From IMG/VR virus record IMGVR_UViG_3300008107_007316, positions 1 to 62,872 of that record: a stretch of 62,872 nucleotides of DNA. The stretch is one strand, 5' to 3'. This DNA comes from a virus. Taxonomy: Duplodnaviria; Caudoviricetes. The notes beneath the pieces were generated by a model. The model did no database searches. It worked only from the letters and a program-made list of their open reading frames with translations, and was not told where the DNA came from. Each line of letters starts with the position of its first letter. The first letter of the stretch is position 1. The translations under genes were made by a program, and so were the position numbers. Positions 47,347-56,729 of this stretch are shown piece by piece.

Positions 47347-48078
47347 AATCTTTTCGACTAAGGAATCTACGGATTCCTTTTTTGTTTTATATGAAGTCAT
47401 AACTGGTTTTTGACCTTTTCCTGTTTGTGTGTCATTTTTTTCAGCCTTTCTTTTTTGTTGACAAGCGGCTCTTTTTTGTGAATCACTCATTTTACCCGCA
47501 ACACCTGCAGCTCTACATTTTGGATATGCACCTTTAGACGTATCTTGTCTACCACATGGTGGATGTTTACCATCAACTTTACGACAAATATCAACCCAAG
47601 GTCCTTTAGGTTGTTTAGAACCTTTTGGTTTCTTTTTTGTTCCAAACCAAACAGCTAAATCTTCAGAAATAAGATCATCATTTAACTCATCCCATTCATC
47701 TAATTTAGTTACAGTTTTTTTTGGATTAAAATTTTTAATTGGTTTTGCATCAGTATTTTTTCCCGGTAATGAATTCATAATACCCGCATCATCGGCCCAA
47801 GCAAACGCATCAGGATTATTTTTCATAAATTTTGCAATCTTTTCCGCTCTTTTTTCTTTCTTTTTAATTGTTTTTGGGTCGGTAGACATTTTACCATCTA
47901 AACTATCGTGATCTAATGATGCATCATCCCAATCGGTAACATATTCAGTAAATGGAGCCATTTGATTTTTATCAAATTCTCTATACCCAGGTAATAAAGG
48001 AGAAACATATGAACCTCTTGTTGACTTTTCAGACGTTGCCTCTCTTAATATTTTCTTTATAAAATTATCGGTTATCAT
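47320..48078 (-). CDS. Putative internal head protein with WF/WVD/CGR/YPKC basic module
   Basis: N-terminal FIKKILRE; EDLAVWFG...PWVDICRKVDGKHPPCGR...YPKCR; C-terminal LVEKILTE; TATTTAT at 48086-48092. Confidence 0.7.
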   Translation of the reverse strand: MITDNFIKKILREATSEKSTRGSYVSPLLPGYREFDKNQMAPFTEYVTDWDDASLDHDSLDGKMSTDPKTIKKKEKRAEKIAKFMKNNPDAFAWADDAGIMNSLPGKNTDAKPIKNFNPKKTVTKLDEWDELNDDLISEDLAVWFGTKKKPKGSKQPKGPWVDICRKVDGKHPPCGRQDTSKGAYPKCRAAGVAGKMSDSQKRAACQQKRKAEKNDTQTGKGQKPVMTSYKTKKESVDSLVEKILTEIRNTF

Positions 48079-48100
48079 TACTATAATAAATATTGGGAAT

Positions 48101-48325
48101 ATGGAAAAAAATGAAGAATCTGATAAAATATATGGTAATTTATTTGGGTCAATAAATTTATTAAATGAAAGTCATTTAGATGCAATATTATTGACTATGG
48201 ATAGAGATCACGCAATACATTATTTGGTTGAATCTGTTAAATCCGCACATCAAAGAGGTGCTTTCACTATAGGTGAATCCGAAGTTATTTCTAAAGCCAT
48301 ACGAACATTATCAAAAAATGATTAA
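48101..48325 (+). CDS. Hypothetical phage protein
   Basis: 74-aa ORF ending at the bidirectional terminator. Confidence 0.65.
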   Translation: MEKNEESDKIYGNLFGSINLLNESHLDAILLTMDRDHAIHYLVESVKSAHQRGAFTIGESEVISKAIRTLSKND

Positions 48326-48327
48326 AT

Positions 48328-48357
48328 AAAAAAAGGTCAGATTTCTCTGACCTTTTT
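48328..48357. terminator. Bidirectional intrinsic terminator downstream of the major capsid gene
   Basis: AAAAAGGTCAGA-tttc-TCTGACCTTTTT, a perfect stem with a GAAA loop on the minus strand. Confidence 0.9.
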
Positions 48358-48377
48358 CGTATTCGGTTTTTAATTGA

Positions 48378-50252
48378 TTATCTCAATTCTCTCAAGTCGA
48401 ATGTTCTAACTCCATCAACTGTGATACGTCCGTAGAAACGGTTGTTAACCATTTTCTTAGCGTATCTTGTCATAATACCTTTGATAGGTGTGAAGTTGAA
48501 TGGGTTGTACATTGTAGGTGTCAATTGTAGAGGTACATACGGTGCGTAGATGTAACCTGTGTCTAACAATGATGTTCCTTTGTGTCCAATCAAAACTTGG
48601 TTTGGTGGGAAGTAAGGATCACGGTACACTTGGTAACGTCCTGCTAAAGTACCAACTCTTTCGATACCCATGTTATACTGATCTTGCTCAGGAGATGCGT
48701 TAGATACGTGGAAGTATTCTAAATCATCAAAGATTGCTGAAACCTCAGAAGATACAACGATCCAGTTAGCACCACCTCTCAAAGTAGATTTGTGGATTTG
48801 TGCTGACAATTGGTTGATTGCTGTAATTAAAGTTTGGTTCCAATCTTTCTGAGTGTAAGATGTAGTTTGAGAAATTCTTCTCCATCCGTTGTAGTCCCAA
48901 CGTAAGTTCCAAGCCGCTCCTTTTCTCAAGTCACGTAAGATCTCACGGTCAATCTCTGCTGCAACTTGCTCAGATAACAATGCTGTTAACTCAGCCTCAG
49001 CGTCGATGTTATGGAATGCTGCAACGTCTTGAGCTAACTCAGGAGACCATTGTGCTCTTAATTTTCTTTCAGTTACGGAAACAGTTACTGAATCCAAGTC
49101 GAAAGAAACCTCTCCGATTTTGTCTTCAAATTCCATTTCTTCGTATCTTCTAAATACCGCTACGAAAGAAGTACCAGAAGTTGCCGAGAAAATTGTTGTA
49201 CCTGTGTAACCGTCTAATGAATCAGAACTACAGTCAGCACATATTGGACAAGATAGATCAACTTCTAAGTAGATACATCCATCTGCAGAACAGATATTTT
49301 TGAATGAACCACCGTTACCATCTGTTGGCCAAGTTGTAGTTACAGTGTTACCATATTGTACGATACCTTTACCGTATTGTTGAGTAACAACTCTAAATAA
49401 CAATGGAACAGCCACGTTGTTTGAATCTTTAATAACATTACAAGGAGTTGTAGATGAAGAGAATACACTTAAATTAGTAAAGATTTTAAGGTCAGAAAGG
49501 AAAGTTTCAGAATCCATTTCGTTTCCATCAGGTCCGATTAATTTACCTGCTCCTGTATCTGCGAAACCACACATTTTAATGATTAATTTTCTTTGGTTAC
49601 CCGCTGCGATTTGAACACCACCTGCTGGTACACCACCTGCTACAGTTGCATCAACTAATGAACCACTTGACCACGCTTGAAGTGTGGTTGAAGCTGTTAC
49701 GGCTGACCAACGACCTTTAGAATAGTCAAATAATCCTGGAGGATCTAATCCTGCTTCAGCACCTTCGTAGAATAAATCATAAAGATTCTTTCCGAATGCT
49801 CCTGCATTGTCAGGATATCCTGCTCCTGGTCCTGAGTTACCTGTACCACCTGCTGTAGGTCCGTTAGGTGCTCCGATTGGTGCGTAGTGCTCATTTCCAG
49901 TACCTGCTGGATTATATCCTTGGATACGAGGTACAAAGTAAAACAATTTACCGATAGGTAAGTTCATTGCTTGTACAGATACGATATCGTTAGCCAACAA
50001 TTTAGAGAAAACTCTTCTTACGATAGGGAAAACAACTGTTTCGAACGCTCCGTTAGAACCTTCAGAAGTTGCCTCGTTAATTAAGAAAGAAGCTTGGTTT
50101 TCATATAACTGTGCTACGTTTTCTTTTAGGTGGCCTCTAAGACCTTCAAGGAATCCTAATTTATCCCATTTGTTAATAGTATCTTCTTTGATAACTTTAA
50201 GGTGTTTTAAACCGATGTTACCAACAAGACCTGATTCTAATAATGCTCCCAT
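48378..50252 (-). CDS. gp23: Major capsid protein (T4 gp23-like) with large insertion
   Basis: FPIVRRVF...DIVSVQAM, RKLRAQWSPELAQD...HNIDAEAEL...EIDREI, ANWIVVS, YRDPY, GYIYAPYVPL, FTPIKGIMTRY. Confidence 0.96.
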   Translation of the reverse strand: MGALLESGLVGNIGLKHLKVIKEDTINKWDKLGFLEGLRGHLKENVAQLYENQASFLINEATSEGSNGAFETVVFPIVRRVFSKLLANDIVSVQAMNLPIGKLFYFVPRIQGYNPAGTGNEHYAPIGAPNGPTAGGTGNSGPGAGYPDNAGAFGKNLYDLFYEGAEAGLDPPGLFDYSKGRWSAVTASTTLQAWSSGSLVDATVAGGVPAGGVQIAAGNQRKLIIKMCGFADTGAGKLIGPDGNEMDSETFLSDLKIFTNLSVFSSSTTPCNVIKDSNNVAVPLLFRVVTQQYGKGIVQYGNTVTTTWPTDGNGGSFKNICSADGCIYLEVDLSCPICADCSSDSLDGYTGTTIFSATSGTSFVAVFRRYEEMEFEDKIGEVSFDLDSVTVSVTERKLRAQWSPELAQDVAAFHNIDAEAELTALLSEQVAAEIDREILRDLRKGAAWNLRWDYNGWRRISQTTSYTQKDWNQTLITAINQLSAQIHKSTLRGGANWIVVSSEVSAIFDDLEYFHVSNASPEQDQYNMGIERVGTLAGRYQVYRDPYFPPNQVLIGHKGTSLLDTGYIYAPYVPLQLTPTMYNPFNFTPIKGIMTRYAKKMVNNRFYGRITVDGVRTFDLRELR

Positions 50253-50284
50253 TTTTTTGGTTTTTTATTTTATTTGTTTATTTT

Positions 50285-51751
50285 TTATTTTATTTTTGAC
50301 ATTAAATCTTTCATTCTCAAGAATTGAGGATTTTCATACGTTTTAGATTCAATTAAATTAACTGCTGATCCAGATGTTGGTGTTTTTTCAACAGTTCTTT
50401 CAAATGATTCTGTAATCGTATTACTATCCTTACTTACCGTATCTGAAAGTTCGTCTTTTATTGATCTATACAAATTTTTAGATTCTTTAAGAGTTTCAAC
50501 ACTATCAAATCTTTTCAAGATATTAATTTTCTCTTGTTTTGTTGTTGAGTGTTCAGTAAATAAACGAGTAGCGTATGCTAAGTTTGAATTGAATACCGCA
50601 ACTTCGTTTAATTTATCTCTAAATACATTTAATGCATTTCTATACTCTTCATTTTTTTCTCTAAGAATTTGTAATTCTCTTGCGTCCACACTTTCTTTTT
50701 TAATTGCTGTATTCGCTTTTGAGTGTGCTCTTGGTTTAGGTAAACCACCTTTTCTAAAATTAGAACCATTCCCTAACGTACGAGACGCTTCTTTGGTTTC
50801 CATTTTTTTAACGGTAGTGTTTTTACCTTTTTCCATGTTTTCACCTTCTTTGTATTCAAATTTGGCTTTACCCATACCAACTCCTCTGGTTCCTTGTTTC
50901 ATTTTTGTTTTGAAACCTTGTCCTTGATTTGGTTTTTTGTCATATTTGAATTTAGACGCATTACCCATACCAACTCCTTTTGCTTTGAAATTAGATTTTG
51001 ATTCAATAACAAATTCTTCCTCTTCATCTTCTTCTAATTGAGACCAATCTGTCTCATCATCAATGTCAAGTTCAAAATCGTCATCGTCATCTTCATCATC
51101 GTCTTGTGTATGTTTTTTACGTCCCATATGATAACGTTCTTCCATTTCACCACTCATGTGTTTAGAAAATTCGTCCTCATCACCATCTTCTTCGTCTAAT
51201 ACGATTTCATAAATGGTTTCAGTAACATCCTCTTCCTCATCCATCCAAGCTTCATCAAGTTCATCGTTTTTCATCATTTCGATTTCATCTTGTTCTTGTT
51301 CGGATTCACTTAATTGGATAAAATAGTCAACATCGTTATTCTCATCAGATAAATGTATCATATCGTCTTCTTTTTTAACAATTACACCGTCTTCAGGTCC
51401 CATGGCTTTAAAAACTTTTAATACGTCTGTAGCCGATGCTCCTCTTAAATCAAGTGTATCGTCATCGTCCATTTCGTCTCCCATGTCAACGCCTAAATTT
51501 AGTTCGTCATCATCTTCGTCACCAATGTCCGCATTATCAGCATCATCATCAGATACGTCAGTATCGTCAAACTCAGCATCTACATCAATCTCCTCATCGT
51601 CATCTTGTTCGTTAAGGGACTCTTTTACTAATGATCTGATTTCTTCCTTCATTGTAGAAGCAAGTATTCCTTTTGCATTTTCGTTGATAACTTCTTCCAA
51701 ATTTTTCATTTGTAAGAAAGTATCTTCAACCAATGATTTTTCTTTGCTCAT
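50285..51751 (-). CDS. Prohead core scaffold protein (gp22-like)
   Basis: Very acidic with a coiled-coil C-terminus, located between protease and MCP; TATTTAT at 51775-51781. Confidence 0.75.
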   Translation of the reverse strand: MSKEKSLVEDTFLQMKNLEEVINENAKGILASTMKEEIRSLVKESLNEQDDDEEIDVDAEFDDTDVSDDDADNADIGDEDDDELNLGVDMGDEMDDDDTLDLRGASATDVLKVFKAMGPEDGVIVKKEDDMIHLSDENNDVDYFIQLSESEQEQDEIEMMKNDELDEAWMDEEEDVTETIYEIVLDEEDGDEDEFSKHMSGEMEERYHMGRKKHTQDDDEDDDDDFELDIDDETDWSQLEEDEEEEFVIESKSNFKAKGVGMGNASKFKYDKKPNQGQGFKTKMKQGTRGVGMGKAKFEYKEGENMEKGKNTTVKKMETKEASRTLGNGSNFRKGGLPKPRAHSKANTAIKKESVDARELQILREKNEEYRNALNVFRDKLNEVAVFNSNLAYATRLFTEHSTTKQEKINILKRFDSVETLKESKNLYRSIKDELSDTVSKDSNTITESFERTVEKTPTSGSAVNLIESKTYENPQFLRMKDLMSKIK

Positions 51752-51883
51752 TATAGTTTTGTTGTTTTTACAATATAAATAGTATCTAAATTGAAAAAAT
51801 TCACATTTTTATAACATTGAGACAAAAAAAAATGGAGATATTAAAAATACCCCCATTTTATTAAAATGTAATTAAATTAAAAT

Positions 51884-52099
51884 TTAGTCGATAACCTCAT
51901 CAATTTTACTTTCTGTGATTGATGTAATTCTCCAATCCATTGTGTAGTGTTCATAAACTTTGGTTACTTTTGCCTCAACATCAGTAGGGGTATAACCCAA
52001 TACTAATTTTTCCTCTCTAACTTTTCTAACCTTTCCTGATTCACTGTCTAATAAATCAGATGTGATTTTAGCCACAAAATACTTTTCTCCTTGTTCCAT
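51884..52099 (-). CDS. DUF4494-like small protein
   Basis: YFVAKI...GKVRKVREEKLVLGYTPTDVEAKV...ITSITESKIDEV resembles the Bacteroidota DUF4494 pattern (recognised from memory). Confidence 0.55.
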   Translation of the reverse strand: MEQGEKYFVAKITSDLLDSESGKVRKVREEKLVLGYTPTDVEAKVTKVYEHYTMDWRITSITESKIDEVID

Positions 52100-52135
52100 A
52101 ATTTTTATTTTTATTAAATCATAGAACTTATTTTT

Positions 52136-52873
52136 TTATTTGTCAAGAAATGATGTTAATTTATCCATTAAACTTTTTGTTTTTTCAACAGACGAAGATT
52201 CCATTCCGGTTGCTCTTTCAATATTCATCTTTCTATCCTCATCTAAATTTTCCTCATATTTTAAACGATCGTTTTTATCTAAGAATAAATAAGCCCCCGG
52301 TGTAGACGGAGAAGATACGAGGTCAAAACAGATTAATTCAAAATCATCTTGTACTTCATTTTGATCCCCCACTTTTTTAAGTGATCCAACACCACGAGAA
52401 GAAATACCTAATGTAACCCCTTGACGTAAATAGTTTGCCGCTAGATCTCCTTTTGTGGAAACAATGCCCCTTTCGTGAAATCCTGGGCTTGTAAGTAATT
52501 TTATTTTACCTAATAGTACAGGACCTTCCCACCACACATCAGTGATAATATGAGAAACACGATCCAAATCAATCAACGATGATTCAGGGTGATTTAATTC
52601 AGAGAGAGCGGTCCCTTTTTCAATCATCTTTTTGTAGTTTTCCGACTCTCTCTTTAATATCTTTTCAGGATAAACTCTACCATTTCTATTTGGGGTATCA
52701 TATTTTTGTAATACCGCATAAAACTCAAATGGTTTAGAGTGGTCAAGCATATTTCTTGACTCTTTTATAATATCTAAATTACGACCCTCATTAGGATTAA
52801 CATATCCTGCATCGTATTCAATAAGAATTCCCTTACCCGAATCTTGGGGTCCTAAAATTTTATAACCGCTCAT
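52136..52873 (-). CDS. gp21: Prohead core protease (gp21-like)
   Basis: NRNGRVYP, ELNHP, RVSH, GISSRGVGS, FDLVSSPSTPGA; TATTTAT at 52888-52894. Confidence 0.93.
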   Translation of the reverse strand: MSGYKILGPQDSGKGILIEYDAGYVNPNEGRNLDIIKESRNMLDHSKPFEFYAVLQKYDTPNRNGRVYPEKILKRESENYKKMIEKGTALSELNHPESSLIDLDRVSHIITDVWWEGPVLLGKIKLLTSPGFHERGIVSTKGDLAANYLRQGVTLGISSRGVGSLKKVGDQNEVQDDFELICFDLVSSPSTPGAYLFLDKNDRLKYEENLDEDRKMNIERATGMESSSVEKTKSLMDKLTSFLDK

Positions 52874-52894
52874 AGTATTTTTTTATTATAAATA

Positions 52895-53362
52895 CTAAAC
52901 TTTTTCGGTTTTTACTTTAATTGGTTTAACATTCCCGTTTTTTGTTAAGTAAAATTTAAAATTATCGTTCTTATGTAATACGTCATTATATAATCCCTTA
53001 ACAATTTCTTTTAATTTACGTTTAAGTTTTAAATCTTTGAAATCCACCTCATCAATAAGATAAAGATTGATTTCTAAATTCATAAATGATTTCTTTTTTA
53101 ATGCTAATCCGCTTGTTCTTAAATCCATATCTACGATGAATTTTTCATCAAACATTTGTTTATCTATGTTATTGAATATTGAGTGTTTAATTGATCGGTT
53201 CATATTTAATACAACCCTTGTCCAATTTTCCACATCTTTTTTTGGTTCTACCCAAGTTTGGAGGTTCAAGTACAATGACTTGAAATTTTTTGAATCTACT
53301 GTTCCATAGGTTATTTTTGAGTTTCTAAATCCACTCAGTTTTGAGGTTTTCCCTTTTTTCAT
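52895..53362 (-). CDS. Hypothetical basic phage protein
   Basis: 155-aa Lys-rich ORF divergent from bS21. Confidence 0.7.
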   Translation of the reverse strand: MKKGKTSKLSGFRNSKITYGTVDSKNFKSLYLNLQTWVEPKKDVENWTRVVLNMNRSIKHSIFNNIDKQMFDEKFIVDMDLRTSGLALKKKSFMNLEINLYLIDEVDFKDLKLKRKLKEIVKGLYNDVLHKNDNFKFYLTKNGNVKPIKVKTEKV

Positions 53363-53394
53363 TTGATATTTTCATAATACAATGTTTATTTTAT

Positions 53395-53427
53395 TGAAAA
53401 ATAGTTAATTTTGTGATATATATCAAA
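53395..53427. promoter_or_regulatory. Overlapping divergent promoter-like elements
   Basis: Minus strand TTTG-N20-TATTTTTC (for the 53362 gene); plus strand TTG-N20-TATATATC (for bS21). Confidence 0.4.
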
Positions 53428-53453
53428 TATAAAATAAAATATTAAAACATAAT

Positions 53454-53642
53454 ATGCTAATAGTACACGTAACAAAAAATGGGGGGATCGAGAGAGCTCT
53501 CAAAGAATTAAAAAGTAAGGTAATCAAAACGAGACAAAACTCTCATTTAAATGATAGAAAAGAGTTTGTTAAAAAGTCAGTTAAAAATAGAGAAATCCTT
53601 AATAAAGCTATTTATCGTCAAAAAATTAAAAGTAACGATTAA
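53454..53642 (+). CDS. rpsU: Phage-encoded ribosomal protein bS21
   Basis: MLIV...IERALKELKSKV...LNDRKEFVKKSVKNRE...KAIY; 62 aa, basic, antisense inside the head cluster. Confidence 0.88.
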   Translation: MLIVHVTKNGGIERALKELKSKVIKTRQNSHLNDRKEFVKKSVKNREILNKAIYRQKIKSND

Positions 53643-54355
53643 AGATTATTATTTAATTCTTGTAGTTTTAAATACCCCAACTTATCAAATGATTCTTGAT
53701 TAATTTTTTCAATTGTTTCGTTGATTGTTTTTTCTACTTCTTTATCTTGCTCTTTTTCTTGGATTTTCTCTAATTTAGAGATTACGCTCTCTTTTAAAGA
53801 ATTATATTTTTCTATTAACTCATCTTCTTTAGATGATAATAAAGTTTTTAATTTTTTTTGGTCTGATTCGTTAAGATTACTTATGTAACTACTAATTGTT
53901 TTATTTGCAATGTTAACCATAGTTTTTAATGGGACCGCAACAACTTCTTTGTTCTCTTTAGGTAGTTTTGTAATTGTTTCTAAAATTGTTTTTTTACTTG
54001 TAATTTTTTCTTCTAATTTTGTTATACCTGTAGAAAACAAATCATCGACAACATCATATTCGTTATTATATTCACTACCTTCTAACCAAATATTTAAATT
54101 TTTTAAATCATCGGTTTTAATTTTGTTAATAATGTTTTCGTATGCGGTAATACTTTCATTAATAAATTCGTTTGCAATAGATTCGTTCAAACCTTTATTA
54201 GATGTCAATTCATCGTACAAATAGAAAAGTTTAGAAATATTTTTATTCTTTAACACCAATGAGTTAAATTTAGACATATCAGTTTTAATTGTACCATTTT
54301 TGTATGATTCAACTAATTTGTTTTCTATTTTTGATTTTAATTTACCGAATTTCAT
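53639..54355 (-). CDS. Hypothetical protein, probable prohead core component
   Basis: Helical and rich in (I/L)xE motifs; lies between portal and protease; likely ATG 54355 after TATTTAT at 54369-54375. Confidence 0.65.
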   Translation of the reverse strand: MKFGKLKSKIENKLVESYKNGTIKTDMSKFNSLVLKNKNISKLFYLYDELTSNKGLNESIANEFINESITAYENIINKIKTDDLKNLNIWLEGSEYNNEYDVVDDLFSTGITKLEEKITSKKTILETITKLPKENKEVVAVPLKTMVNIANKTISSYISNLNESDQKKLKTLLSSKEDELIEKYNSLKESVISKLEKIQEKEQDKEVEKTINETIEKINQESFDKLGYLKLQELNNNL

Positions 54356-54375
54356 AATCTTTTTTATTATAAATA

Positions 54376-56283
54376 TCAATCTCTTAATAATTTGCTCAAT
54401 TCACTTTCAATTGACCCTAAAGAATTTTTACCTTTTGATAAGTCAATGTACTTATCACCATAAATATCATCACTTTCAAGTAAGATATTTAAGTTATCAT
54501 TTTTCTTTCCTTCAGGTAGTGTTTCTTCTTCTTCAGGTGCTGGAGGTGCTCCCGGTGCTTCAGGTGCCCCACCTATTTCACCCCCACCTAATGGTGGTTC
54601 TGGTGCCGGTGAAGATTCTCCACCTCCACCACCAAAGTCAGGTAATGATCCTCCCCCAAATGAAGAACCTCCTCCACCTCCTCCACCTGAAGGTGCTGCC
54701 CCTCCTGCCGGTGGATTTTCTGTGGATCCTGATTTAGTTTTATATAATCTATCAACAACATCAAACATACCTGTATGTGTGATAACTGTTGCGGTATTTG
54801 CTAGTTCGGCGGCAACCGCTCTTTCTAATCTTTGTTGTTGAGTATCTAATTTAATATCTTCATCTGAGAACCCAAAAATATGTTTCTTAGCCCAAGTTGC
54901 GGATGTAGGTGCCAGTGAATTAGGTATTTCAGAAACTAAATCTTTGTATAGTAATACTTTTTCTTTCCACACATCAATCATTAATAAATCCGCTTGTTTT
55001 GATGGATTAGTTAATCCTAATGTAAAGTTTTGTAACTCATCTTCAAACCCTAAGATAAATAAGTGTATGATTGCAATTTTATTCATTTCTGAAATCATTG
55101 CTTTTTGTATTTTGTTAATAGTCCTTGCAAAACGAATGTCCTGTAGAGATAAATTTTTACCATCACCAACAACCTCTTCAAATCCTAAGTACGCTTTCGG
55201 CACACGTAATGCTGTAACCAATTTCTTTTGGATGTATTCAATGTCCGCAATTTCAGATAAATTTTGTGCTCCCGGTAATGTCTCAATTGGCATTGTTTGT
55301 GTAACATCACGTACAGGAACAAAATAATCTTGATCAACCGCCATCTGATTAAAACGTAAATCAACATTACCTGTTTTATTATCCACAACTTGATCTCTCT
55401 TAAATTTGTTTGCAACACGTTGCACATATGGTTCAACATCTTTATCGTCCATATTACCAACAAATACTTTAAACACCCTTCTCTCAGGTGCCCTTGAAGT
55501 TCTATAAATTAACATTGCATCTTCTGACAGTAATAACTGTTTCCAAATTCTTCTCGCTTTTTCTAACATTGAGGTACCATAAGGAAGTTTTCTATCGTCA
55601 CCAAGTAATCTAAAGTGAGCAACTTCCCAACTATTAAATTCCATGTCTTTTATTTTCCAGTGGAATCTTAAACCTTTTTGTTTTGGGTCCACTTCAGCAT
55701 TTATTGATTTTGCTGCCATACCACGTTCTAAACGTTCAATCTCAATGTTTGGTAATTGCATACAACCAACAACACCTTTTTCCGGATCCAATTTTAGGTA
55801 CACAAAGTTATCACCATATTTACAAGTATTTCTTGTCCACATTTGTAAGTTTGTGTTAATATCTAAAACATTATTAAATAAATCTGTTAATATACCTTTT
55901 ACTCTTTTTGATTCTGAATAAATTTGTAGAATATAACCATCTTGATTTGGTGTGGTAGATTCTTCAGCGTATATATCTAATGCAGTTGAAATCTCAGGAG
56001 TAAATTCCATTGATTCATAGTCATAAAATGCAGCCAATCTTGTTGGTTCGTAATAAACCGCCTGAGTATAAAGGTTATTCTCAATTTTAGCCCATTGTCC
56101 TGACAAATACATGGATTGTTGAGCCTGTAATTTTTCTCTTTCATACTCTTGCTTATCGGTGGTTTTGAGTAGTTCTTTTTTATCTAACGAATATGTTGGG
56201 TAATCTTGGTTCAGCAAAGAATTAGGACCAAAAGTTTTTGATAATTTTTGCCAAATTGTTAGATTTTGATTATTATTTTCCAT
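54376..56283 (-). CDS. gp20: Portal vertex protein (gp20-like)
   Basis: PEISTALDIYAEE, PYGTSMLEKARRIWKQL, EDAMLIYRTSRAPERRVF, DYFVP, IETLPG, ALRVPK; Gly/Pro-rich C-terminal tail; two TATTTAT boxes at 56305-56319. Confidence 0.95.
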   Translation of the reverse strand: MENNNQNLTIWQKLSKTFGPNSLLNQDYPTYSLDKKELLKTTDKQEYEREKLQAQQSMYLSGQWAKIENNLYTQAVYYEPTRLAAFYDYESMEFTPEISTALDIYAEESTTPNQDGYILQIYSESKRVKGILTDLFNNVLDINTNLQMWTRNTCKYGDNFVYLKLDPEKGVVGCMQLPNIEIERLERGMAAKSINAEVDPKQKGLRFHWKIKDMEFNSWEVAHFRLLGDDRKLPYGTSMLEKARRIWKQLLLSEDAMLIYRTSRAPERRVFKVFVGNMDDKDVEPYVQRVANKFKRDQVVDNKTGNVDLRFNQMAVDQDYFVPVRDVTQTMPIETLPGAQNLSEIADIEYIQKKLVTALRVPKAYLGFEEVVGDGKNLSLQDIRFARTINKIQKAMISEMNKIAIIHLFILGFEDELQNFTLGLTNPSKQADLLMIDVWKEKVLLYKDLVSEIPNSLAPTSATWAKKHIFGFSDEDIKLDTQQQRLERAVAAELANTATVITHTGMFDVVDRLYKTKSGSTENPPAGGAAPSGGGGGGGSSFGGGSLPDFGGGGGESSPAPEPPLGGGEIGGAPEAPGAPPAPEEEETLPEGKKNDNLNILLESDDIYGDKYIDLSKGKNSLGSIESELSKLLRD

Positions 56284-56329
56284 ATTAAAAAATTAAGTAT
56301 AACAATAAATATATAAATAGTTTAATAAC

Positions 56330-56710
56330 TCATTTAGAAGATGTTGGTGTTGGTGTATTTGTTGGTGTTGGAGTCACACTCGAATTTGGTGTTCTTGTAA
56401 TTGTGGGTGTTGGAGTATTAGTTGGATCCGGTTCTCTAGTTATACTTGGTGTTGGAGTATTAGTTGGATCCGGTTCTCTAGTTATACTTGGTGTTGGTGT
56501 TATAGTTGGTGTTGGAGAAATTGTGGTTGTTGTGGTTGTAGTTGGTGTTATTGTGGTAGTTGGGGATTCTCTGTGTTCATTAGGTAAAGATCCTATTTTA
56601 CCATCAAAACCCGGTTCAAATACTTTAGCAGTTAATATATCCTGACCTTCAACAATCAATCTTGATCCCGCAAATATTTTTCCCGACCTTTTTCTTAAAC
56701 TTAATCCCAT
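56330..56710 (-). CDS. Small protein with Pro-Thr tail
   Basis: Basic N-terminus and Thr/Pro-rich C-terminus; TATTTAT at 56723-56729. Confidence 0.7.
   Translation of the reverse strand: MGLSLRKRSGKIFAGSRLIVEGQDILTAKVFEPGFDGKIGSLPNEHRESPTTTITPTTTTTTTISPTPTITPTPSITREPDPTNTPTPSITREPDPTNTPTPTITRTPNSSVTPTPTNTPTPTSSK
56406..56489. repeat. Exact 42-nt tandem duplication
   Basis: GGTGTTGGAGTATTAGTTGGATCCGGTTCTCTAGTTATACTT x2 (encodes SITREPDPTNTPTP). Confidence 0.9.
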
Positions 56711-56729
56711 TTTATTTTAATAATAAATA

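Noticed and set aside
51825-51860. Possible terminator hairpin between the DUF4494-like gene and scaffold
   Set aside because: The stem is short with several mismatches; not confident enough to call.
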